A stretch of DNA of 64,000 bases from Blastocatellia bacterium. Lineage in GTDB: Bacteria; Acidobacteriota; Blastocatellia; RBC074. How positions within the stretch are numbered: position 1 is the first letter of the stretch; the number at the start of each line of letters is the position of its first letter. Under the pieces are notes generated by a model. The model searched no databases and had not been told where the DNA came from. It saw nothing but the letters and a program-made list of their open reading frames with translations. This document shows, one piece after another, positions 52,729 to 60,685 of the stretch. The position numbers and the translations under genes are program-made. Location: contig JANNYF010000120.1 of the NCBI GenBank assembly GCA_031409955.1, positions 10,780 through 74,779 on the forward strand. Reading direction: 5' to 3'.

Positions 52729-54567
52729 ATGAATCATCATTCCCTTCCACTTTACGAATTTGGGACGTTTCGACTCAACCCGCTGGAACGAATGCTGACG
52801 CGCAACGGTCAGCCCATTCCGCTGGCGCATAAAGTTTTCGATACGCTGATTCTGCTGGTGCAAAACAGCGGTCATGTGATGGGCAAGGACAAGTTAATGG
52901 AGCTGATCTGGCCGGACAGCTTTGTCGAAGAAACCAACCTCGCGCAAAACATTTCGATTTTGCGCAAAGCGTTGAGCGAAGGAGTGGAAGGAACAAAATA
53001 TATCGAGACGGTTCCGAAGCTTGGCTATCGCTTCATCGTCCCGGTCAAGGAAGTTACCAATGAACCCGCCAGTCTCATCATCCGCGAACGGACGCGCGCC
53101 CGCATCATTGTCGAAGAAACCGACGACGAATTGGACGAGCCGCGTTTGGTGAATCCGCGCCACCCCATCATCGAATTGCCGCCGCACGCCGTGCAGGTTC
53201 TCGCGCCCGCGCCCACGCCGAGGCAATTGCCACCGATGCGGCGAATGTTGGAAACCCATTACGTGCAGAGCGGCGATGCCAACATCGCGTATCAAGTCGT
53301 CGGCAACGGCCCGATTGATCTGGTGTTTGTGATGGGCTGGGTTTCGCATTTGGATTATTTTTGGGAAGAGCCGTCGTTTGCCTACTTCCTGGATCGGCTG
53401 GCGTCATTCTCACGGCTGATCCTGTTCGACAAACGGGGGACGGGGCTATCGGATCGCGTGCCGCTCAATCAATTGCCGACGCTCGAACAACGGATGGAAG
53501 ACGTTCACGCGGTGCTGGACGCGGTTGGATCAGAACGTGCTGTGTTGTGCGGCGTTTCGGAAGGCGGGCCGATGTGCAGCTTGTTTGCCGCCACGTATCC
53601 CGAACGAACGTCGGCGCTGGTAATGATTGGGAGTTACGCGCGTCGCCTACGAGATGAAGATTATCCCTGGGGGCCGACCGTCGAACAGCGCGAGCATTTC
53701 TTCAAGGAAATCATCGAACATTGGGGCGGCCCGGTTGGCATCGAAGACCGCGCGCCAAGCCGGATGCACGACGAACGTTTCCGGCAATGGTGGTCCACGT
53801 ATTTGCGAATGGGGGCCAGCCCCGGCGCTGCGTTGGCGTTGACCAAGATGAATGCCGAAATTGATATTCGCCCGGTTTTGCCGAGCATCCGCGTCCCCAC
53901 GCTCGTGCTGCATCGCAAGGACGATATGTGCTTGCGCGTCGAAGAAGGGCGTTATGTTGCCAATGCTATTCCCGGCGCGAAATTCATCGAATTGCCCGGC
54001 ATAGACCATCTGCCGTTCGTCGGCGATCAGGATGCAATTCTGGATGAAATCGAAGAGTTCCTCACGGGCATGCGCCACGCCCCCGAACACGACCGCGTAC
54101 TGGCCACCGTATTATGCACGCGCCTAGTGAGCTGCCCCGAAGCCAACGAACGAGACGTGCGGTGGCAAGAGATGTTTGACCGCCATTACGCCTACGTGCG
54201 CAAAGAAGTTGAATTGTTTCGAGGCCGTGAAAGCGATCTGAATCAATGCGGCTTGATCGCCACCTTCGACGGCCCCGCGCGCGCAATTCGCTGTGCCGCA
54301 GCAATCAATAACTCCGCACGGCGGATGGGCATTCCGATTCAAACCGGCGTGCATACGGGCGAATGCGATTTGATCGGAGATGACAAAGTTAGCGGCATCG
54401 CCGTGGACATCAGTTCGCAAATTGCGCAACTGGCAGCGACGAACCAAGTGTTGATTTCTGGTACCGTGAAAGACTTAGTCGCCGGTTCGGGACTTCGGTT
54501 TTCCGATTACGGATTGCATCAGTTGGAAGGCGCAGAGCAAAACTGGCGACTGTACGCCGTAGATTGA
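52729..54567 (+). CDS. Transcriptional regulator: OmpR/CadC-type winged helix + alpha/beta hydrolase + class III cyclase-like domain
   Basis: YEFGTFRL...IWPDSFVEETNLAQNISILRKAL...IETVPKLGYRF; GVSEGG nucleophile elbow; ATFDGPARAIRCA...GVHTGEC (LipJ-like). Confidence 0.88.
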   Translation: MNHHSLPLYEFGTFRLNPLERMLTRNGQPIPLAHKVFDTLILLVQNSGHVMGKDKLMELIWPDSFVEETNLAQNISILRKALSEGVEGTKYIETVPKLGYRFIVPVKEVTNEPASLIIRERTRARIIVEETDDELDEPRLVNPRHPIIELPPHAVQVLAPAPTPRQLPPMRRMLETHYVQSGDANIAYQVVGNGPIDLVFVMGWVSHLDYFWEEPSFAYFLDRLASFSRLILFDKRGTGLSDRVPLNQLPTLEQRMEDVHAVLDAVGSERAVLCGVSEGGPMCSLFAATYPERTSALVMIGSYARRLRDEDYPWGPTVEQREHFFKEIIEHWGGPVGIEDRAPSRMHDERFRQWWSTYLRMGASPGAALALTKMNAEIDIRPVLPSIRVPTLVLHRKDDMCLRVEEGRYVANAIPGAKFIELPGIDHLPFVGDQDAILDEIEEFLTGMRHAPEHDRVLATVLCTRLVSCPEANERDVRWQEMFDRHYAYVRKEVELFRGRESDLNQCGLIATFDGPARAIRCAAAINNSARRMGIPIQTGVHTGECDLIGDDKVSGIAVDISSQIAQLAATNQVLISGTVKDLVAGSGLRFSDYGLHQLEGAEQNWRLYAVD

Positions 54568-54630
54568 GAATCGGTTATATTTCGGCGCAGGAATTTGACA
54601 GTGGCGCTATAGAACCAGAAAATAACGGCG

Positions 54631-55215
54631 ATGCAAACAACCCGAATCAGCTATGAGAAGTTTATTACGCAAACCAGTGATGGGGCGTGGGTTGAATGGA
54701 TTAAGGGGAAGATTCTCACTCTGACGCTTACCAATGATCATAGTGATATGATCGGTTTCCTCCTGCCGCTTCTTCGTACTTTTGTGGAAACATATCATCT
54801 GGGAAAAGTTTTCTCCCCGCCGTTCCAAATGAAAACCGGGCCGGAGCTTCCAGGCCGCGCCCCAGATGTTTTCTTTGTTACGCAAGCGAACCTCGATAAG
54901 CTCAAGAAGTTTTATTTCAACGGCCCGGCTGACCTCGTCATTGAAGTCATCAGTACGGAGAGCCGCTCGCGGGATCGCGGCGAAAAGTTTTATGAGTACG
55001 AAGAAGGCGGCGTGCGCGAATACTGGCTGATTGATCCGCAACGTAAGCAAGCCGAGTTTTATCAACGCGAAGACAGCGGTTTTTATCGTGCCATTCCAAC
55101 TGCAGACATCTATCACAGCCAAGTGCTGCCGGGTTTGTGGATTAGCGTGGATTGGCTTTGGCAGGAGCCGCTGCCGAAGCTATTGAGCGTACTCAAAGAG
55201 TGGAAGCTTATTTAG
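54631..55215 (+). CDS. Uma2 family (PD-(D/E)xK) putative endonuclease
   Basis: APDV, PADLVIEVIS, DRGEKFYEYEEGGVREYWLIDP. Confidence 0.88.
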   Translation: MQTTRISYEKFITQTSDGAWVEWIKGKILTLTLTNDHSDMIGFLLPLLRTFVETYHLGKVFSPPFQMKTGPELPGRAPDVFFVTQANLDKLKKFYFNGPADLVIEVISTESRSRDRGEKFYEYEEGGVREYWLIDPQRKQAEFYQREDSGFYRAIPTADIYHSQVLPGLWISVDWLWQEPLPKLLSVLKEWKLI

Positions 55216-55264
55216 CGCCTCTTCGATAAGCGCTTTTGTTCTACCACACCAAAAAAAGTAATTC

Positions 55265-55282
55265 TTACACTATCCTGTGTAA
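55265..55282. promoter_or_regulatory. Candidate enhancer (UAS) for a sigma54 activator
   Basis: TTACAC-N6-GTGTAA about 110 bp upstream of a -24/-12 motif. Confidence 0.4.
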
Positions 55283-55389
55283 TTTTATCCTGATCTGAAA
55301 ATCTTGCTTACTCTGCCCATCCTTCGATTTCCGAGGTAAATCTTTGATAGTCAATGGATTATCTGTCCAATAAAAGCAGCGCTAACCAC

Positions 55390-55404
55390 TGGCACATCCT
55401 TTGC
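55390..55404 (+). promoter_or_regulatory. Sigma54 (-24/-12) promoter
   Basis: TGGCAC-ATCCT-TTGC exact consensus about 100 bp before the ATG at 55501. Confidence 0.7.
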
Positions 55405-55500
55405 CCTGTATCGCCACGAACAACCCATTCCGACCCCGGCAACAAATGGAGTATGTCTCATCACATACTTTTAATTATTAATCAGAATAGGGAGAACTTT

Positions 55501-56343
55501 ATGATAAGAACAGTGCTGGTTATGACTGTCATTTCATTTTTCGTCGTGTCGGCAAGTGCACAGGAAAAGGCTGGAATCCAGGCAACGACACGCGGATCTG
55601 CCAATGTCGCAGCAGAAACAAATAGACAGGGATCAGAAAATTCAACGGTGCTAATGACTGGAACACAATTAAGTGCAGAACTGTTATCCACCATTGACGC
55701 GAGCAAGATAAAGCCAGGTGATGAAGTGAAACTGCGAGTCACCAAGCCAGTTATGGTGGGCGGAAAACGCGTCATCAATAAAGGTGCAACGCTGCTTGGT
55801 CGCGTGACTGAGGCAACGAAGGCCGAAGGAAAACAGGATGTCTCGCAGGTCAAGCTGGTCTTTGATGAAATTCGCAACAAGGATGTCACGGTTCCGTTTT
55901 CTGCCACACTTGAGCAGATTACCAAAGCAACCGTACAAAGCAGTCTGGATGATGGTTCGATGATTCAGAGCAGTGGCACTGCCAGTTCAAACACACGTGC
56001 CTCCGCACAATCGGGTGGCGGGCTGCTGGGCGGCGTGACAGGGACGGTCGGCAATACTATTGGCGGAGTTACCGGGGGAGTTACGGATACCGCGTCCAGT
56101 ACGGTTGGCGGCGTTGCGTCAACCAGCCGCCAGGCTCTTGGCCAGGTCATTGCTGTTTCTTCTGATACGGTCAATACAACCGCAGGGAAGGCTTCAGGGC
56201 TGATCTCGATTTCTTCAGAAACGAGCGCTCAGGCGGAAAGCAGTTCGACGCTTTCACTAACAGGGCGGAATGTGAAAATTGATAAGGGCGCAGTTTTCCT
56301 GCTGCGAACTGATAAATCGCTGGCGATGAGAGCCAGCCGCTGA
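55501..56343 (+). CDS. Exported TrbI/VirB10-like beta protein with a Gly/Thr/Val-rich insert
   Basis: Signal peptide (ASA-Q); GTQLSAELLSTIDAS...PGD.V...KGATLLGRV; GGVTG repeats. Confidence 0.65.
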   Translation: MIRTVLVMTVISFFVVSASAQEKAGIQATTRGSANVAAETNRQGSENSTVLMTGTQLSAELLSTIDASKIKPGDEVKLRVTKPVMVGGKRVINKGATLLGRVTEATKAEGKQDVSQVKLVFDEIRNKDVTVPFSATLEQITKATVQSSLDDGSMIQSSGTASSNTRASAQSGGGLLGGVTGTVGNTIGGVTGGVTDTASSTVGGVASTSRQALGQVIAVSSDTVNTTAGKASGLISISSETSAQAESSSTLSLTGRNVKIDKGAVFLLRTDKSLAMRASR

Positions 56344-56398
56344 CGTTGAAAGCAAAGCGGGCGCGAGTGAAGAAAACGGATATTTTCCTCGTGCCTGC

Positions 56399-56776
56399 TT
56401 AGTTTTTCGTTCGCCACAAATATTCGACAAATAACCCCGCCAACACCAAATCTACCAGCGCAGGCACAAACACCGGAAAAGAAATCTCGCCGCTGAACAA
56501 CGCCACCGCATAAATCACAAAGAACAGCGTTTTGGAAAACGCGCCGAGCCGCACGAACTCGCGAAAGCGCGTGGGATTCACCACGACTAACGCGTATGCC
56601 ACGCCCCACGCCGTCACACTGGAAGCCATTGAGCGCGCGAGCCACTTTGCCGATGGGTCGCTAATCGCCAGCCTTGCCAACACAACGTCAGGGCGAAAAA
56701 TCAGGATCGCGGCGGTACTGAGATTGAAGATTGCCGCGACGATGAACAGCAGGTTGTCATACCGATTATGGCGCAT
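56399..56776 (-). CDS. Small membrane protein (about 4 TM helices)
   Basis: Hydrophobic segments; TGATG overlap with the upstream gene. Confidence 0.65.
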   Translation of the reverse strand: MRHNRYDNLLFIVAAIFNLSTAAILIFRPDVVLARLAISDPSAKWLARSMASSVTAWGVAYALVVVNPTRFREFVRLGAFSKTLFFVIYAVALFSGEISFPVFVPALVDLVLAGLFVEYLWRTKN

Positions 56777-57084
56777 CAGCAAACCACGAAGATTTCATTA
56801 CCTTCGATTTTAAGTTCGTAGGTTCGCACTGGAAAATCGGGAATCGCGCCGCATTCGCCGGTCTTCAAATCGAAGTCAAACAGATGCCAACTACAAAAGA
56901 CTTTGCCGTTCTTGCAAATGCTTTCGGCCAGCGACGCGCCGCGATGCGGACACGCATCATCAATCGCATAATAATTTCCCTCCACATTGAAGAGCGCTAT
57001 CGTGTTGCCGTTGATTTGCACCGCTTTGGCGCGTCCCGGCACGACGTCGGTGAGGTTCGCAAGCTTGAAGATTTGTTTTTCCAT
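56776..57084 (-). CDS. Rieske [2Fe-2S] ferredoxin (NirD/dioxygenase ferredoxin-like)
   Basis: CPH...CSWH motifs, FDLKTGEC. Confidence 0.92.
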   Translation of the reverse strand: MEKQIFKLANLTDVVPGRAKAVQINGNTIALFNVEGNYYAIDDACPHRGASLAESICKNGKVFCSWHLFDFDLKTGECGAIPDFPVRTYELKIEGNEIFVVC

Positions 57085-57138
57085 AGTAACAAAACAGGTG
57101 GGGGCTGTGCCGCGCAGATGGTAGGCGATTTGGCGTTT

Positions 57139-58125
57139 CTATTCAACCAATCCGAGCTTGATCATCTCTGGAGTTTCGGTGTCGAAAGGTTGGAGCGCCG
57201 CCTGCATCTCCGGCGCAACTCGCAACCACTTCGCGTTCCAAATCACGAGCGTTGCCACAACCAACACCAACGTCGCCGCGATACCGCCCTCGCATCCATA
57301 ACTTCCCCCTGTTAGCCACAACGGCGCTTCGCTGGTCGAAAGCAAAACCGGATGCTGCACCAGCTTCAAGCCGCTGACCGGAAGGCCAAAGAACGCGCCC
57401 ATCATCCAGTTCCAACCCAAATGCAACGCCGTCGGAAACCACAAGCTGCGCGTTTTCAAATACGCGATGGCGAGCCAGATGCCTGCCAGGATTGTATTCA
57501 CAGTCGAAAACGTAGTGCTGCTCGGATTGCCCAAATGCACGACGCCAAAGAACACAGACAGCAAAATGATCGGAACAGCAGGAGCAACCCCGCCGCGCAA
57601 CAATGTCTGAAATGGAAAGCCGCGAAACAACAATTCTTCGAACGCTGCCGCCAACGCGAATAAAACAAACGCCAGCACAAAATCGCGGGCGATCATTCCG
57701 ATGCCAATAAAATCAAAGCTGCGAACGCCATCCACAGATTTCCAGAACAACGGATTCAGCATCATTCGCGTGCCACTGCCCATCGCTTGCAACGCGACAA
57801 CCGCGATCATCATCAACGCCGCGATCCCCAAGCCAAGCCACGTTTCGCGCCACCAACCGCGAAAGAACGCAAAGCCCAATGACGCCAAGCGCAGCTTCTC
57901 CAAATACTTCAGACACAGCCACGCCGCAAGGATGAGCCACGCAACCTGCACGACATAGCTGATGATCGTCGGGAAATTCAAGGCGATTCCGGCGGGTTCT
58001 GTTTCACGGGCAGGCAAAAGCGGCGCGAGCAAAATGAACGCAAAGGGCGAAAGAATCAAATAAAGCAACGCACGCCAGCCGCTGCGCAGAAGTTTGGTTT
58101 GGGGATCAATGAAGATGCGATTCAC
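57139..58125 (-). CDS. CPBP/Abi family intramembrane glutamic endopeptidase
   Basis: EELLFRG, FGVVH, H..WN; LRSGWR N-terminus; GTG start at 58125. Confidence 0.9.
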   Translation of the reverse strand: MNRIFIDPQTKLLRSGWRALLYLILSPFAFILLAPLLPARETEPAGIALNFPTIISYVVQVAWLILAAWLCLKYLEKLRLASLGFAFFRGWWRETWLGLGIAALMMIAVVALQAMGSGTRMMLNPLFWKSVDGVRSFDFIGIGMIARDFVLAFVLFALAAAFEELLFRGFPFQTLLRGGVAPAVPIILLSVFFGVVHLGNPSSTTFSTVNTILAGIWLAIAYLKTRSLWFPTALHLGWNWMMGAFFGLPVSGLKLVQHPVLLSTSEAPLWLTGGSYGCEGGIAATLVLVVATLVIWNAKWLRVAPEMQAALQPFDTETPEMIKLGLVE

Positions 58126-58189
58126 GCCAAGAGGAAAACAAATCAAACGGCAAAAGGCAAATTGCAAAAATGATAGGGCGTACGCAGAA

Positions 58190-58272
58190 GGTCCGACAAA
58201 CTGAAGTTTGTCGTTGGTTTCGGCCCACGGCTCTGGCTTGGAACGATGCGACAAACTGAAGTTTGTCGGACC
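58190..58272. repeat. REP/REPIN-like doublet of palindromes
   Basis: Two copies of CGACAAAC-TGAA-GTTTGTCG with outer ggtc/gacc ends. Confidence 0.8.
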
Positions 58273-58380
58273 CTTTCCGCTGCTTCTGTATAAGTCCTCT
58301 GACGTCAGTTGCGACTGTTTGCCTTTTGATTTCTCTCAGCAGGATTTAGAATCTGCGTGCAAACGAAACTAGCAATCACC

Positions 58381-60648
58381 ATGTCCGATTCTCCCACGCC
58401 AATCAATCTGCCTCGTCGCTCGTCGCGCCGCACGCGCGTGATCCTGCTGACCATAGCGACCTTGTTGCTGGCCATTTCGTTATTGGTCTTGCAAGCCTTC
58501 AATACGGAACAGTGGTTTGCACCCGGCTCGGCGAGCGAGACGTTGATCCTGTTTGCGCTTTCGACGTTGAATGTGATCGCGTTCATCGTGCTGCTGATGT
58601 TGCTGGCGCGCAACATTATCAAGCTGCGGGGTGAGACGCGCCCCATGAAATTAGGCTCGCGGTTCACCACGCGGCTCGTTAGCTTTTCAGTCGCGTTGTC
58701 GCTCTTGCCCGTCGTGTTCATGTTTTCTTCGACCGTGCTGCTCATCAATCGCAGCGTCGAAAAATGGTTCAGTTTGCCCACGCGCAAGATGGCGGAAAAC
58801 GCGCGGCAAATTCAGAAAAGCTATTTGCAGTCCGAAGAAGAAAGCCTGCAACATATTGCTGTCACGCTGGCGCGGCTCGCTTCCAGCAGCGAAGACATTT
58901 CTCACACGCTGCAAGCCGAGCGCAACAATCAGCGCCTGTCTTCCATCGAAATATACGATCCGACCGGCAAATTAATTTTCCGCGAAACTGCCGCCGAATC
59001 CGCCTTGCCAAATAACGACCTAAGCGCCGCAATGCAACAAATGCGCGCCCGCATTGCCAGTGGCGAGCCAACCGTTACACAAGTCTTTCGTGATGCAACC
59101 AGCCTCTCGTTACTCGCCGCCGCTGCTGTGCCGGAGGGCAAGAATTCAATCGTGCTCACGCGTCTGATTGACCCCAAAATCGCTGAGCGACTGTCAGAAA
59201 TCGAACAGTACGCTGTGACCTACGGGCAATTGCAGCAGCAACAACGCGCGATCCGCACGAATGCCCAATTGGCGCTGGGCTTGCTAACCTTGTTCGCGCT
59301 CTTCATTGCGACGTGGATGGCCATTAAAGTGGCGCGCAGCATTGCCGCTCCCGTGCAGCAATTGGCTGAAGCTACTGAACGCATTCGGGCGGGTGATTTG
59401 ACCGGACGCGCGGTCATCGTGGGCGATGATGAGCTGGCAGCGTTGGCGCGATCATTCAACGAAATGGCGGCAGAGTTGCAGGAAAACCGCGCGCAAGTGG
59501 AACTCTCCGCCACCGCATTGGACGAGCGCCGCCGCTACATCGAAACGATTTTGCAGAATCTGTCGGCAGGCGTGATTTCGCTGGATGAACAAAACCGCGT
59601 GACGACCATCAATCCAGCCGCGATTCGATTGTTGCGTTTGGAGCAAACGATGAAAACCATGCCGGCCAATGGCGCGGAACTCGCGGTGCTCTTGCCGGAA
59701 GAACAACGCGAAGAATTGCGGCGCATGATTCGGCGCGCGCTCCGCGGCAGCTCCGCTTCACGCGACGTGCATTTCAAGCTGGCGAACAACGTCAAGCTGG
59801 ATGCGTCCGTCACCGTCACTGCACTGCCCGGTTCGCACGGACATTTGCGCGGCACGGTGATTATGATTGAAGATTTGTCTGACTTGATCGAAGCGCAACG
59901 GCGCTCGGCCTGGAGCGAAGTCGCGCGTCGCATGGCGCACGAAATCAAAAACCCGCTGACGCCGATTCGCTTGTCGGCGGAACGCCTTGCCAAAAACCTG
60001 CTCGGCACTTCCAGCAACGGGCCAGCCAACGGCCACGAATCGAAGGTTGCGCCGTATCCTTGCCTGGATGAACGGGGCGCGAAGCTGGTGCGCGAATGCA
60101 CATCGTTGATTGGCGACGAAGTGGCAACGCTGCAACGAATGGTGGATGAGTTTTCGAGCTTTGCGCGCCTGCCTGCCGCCAAGCCTGTGCTGAGTGACAT
60201 CAACGAAGTCGTGACCGACACCTTGAAGCTTTACGAAGAACGCCTCGATGGCATCAAGCTTGAAAGCAAGCTCGCCAATGAATTGCCGCCCGTGTTGATT
60301 GACCGCGAGCAAATCAAACGCGCGCTCGTAAACCTGATTGACAACGCTTTGCACGCCATCACAGAAAGCAAATTCGCGCTTGACGAAAAGTCGTTGACGC
60401 TGGGAACACGCGAAGTTTTGGAGCAGGATGCCGTTGAAATTACGATTGCGGACACCGGCCCCGGCATTGCTCCGGCGAATCGGGAACGCATCTTTTCCCC
60501 CTATTTTTCGACGCGCAAACGCGGCACTGGTTTGGGCCTGGCTATCGTCAGCCACATCGTTGCCGAACACAGTGGTCGGATTCGCGTCGAAGATAATTTC
60601 CCGCACGGTGCACGGTTTGTGATTGAATTGCCCAATGCGAAGGAGTGA
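58381..60648 (+). CDS. ntrY: NtrY-like membrane histidine kinase (HAMP, PAS, HisKA, HATPase)
   Basis: AWSEVARRMAHEIKNPLTPIRLSAERL, MVDEFSSFARLP, GTGLGLAIV. Confidence 0.85.
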   Translation: MSDSPTPINLPRRSSRRTRVILLTIATLLLAISLLVLQAFNTEQWFAPGSASETLILFALSTLNVIAFIVLLMLLARNIIKLRGETRPMKLGSRFTTRLVSFSVALSLLPVVFMFSSTVLLINRSVEKWFSLPTRKMAENARQIQKSYLQSEEESLQHIAVTLARLASSSEDISHTLQAERNNQRLSSIEIYDPTGKLIFRETAAESALPNNDLSAAMQQMRARIASGEPTVTQVFRDATSLSLLAAAAVPEGKNSIVLTRLIDPKIAERLSEIEQYAVTYGQLQQQQRAIRTNAQLALGLLTLFALFIATWMAIKVARSIAAPVQQLAEATERIRAGDLTGRAVIVGDDELAALARSFNEMAAELQENRAQVELSATALDERRRYIETILQNLSAGVISLDEQNRVTTINPAAIRLLRLEQTMKTMPANGAELAVLLPEEQREELRRMIRRALRGSSASRDVHFKLANNVKLDASVTVTALPGSHGHLRGTVIMIEDLSDLIEAQRRSAWSEVARRMAHEIKNPLTPIRLSAERLAKNLLGTSSNGPANGHESKVAPYPCLDERGAKLVRECTSLIGDEVATLQRMVDEFSSFARLPAAKPVLSDINEVVTDTLKLYEERLDGIKLESKLANELPPVLIDREQIKRALVNLIDNALHAITESKFALDEKSLTLGTREVLEQDAVEITIADTGPGIAPANRERIFSPYFSTRKRGTGLGLAIVSHIVAEHSGRIRVEDNFPHGARFVIELPNAKE

Positions 60649-60685
60649 GGATTTGAAATCTGAAATTTCAAATTTGAGAGGAATT

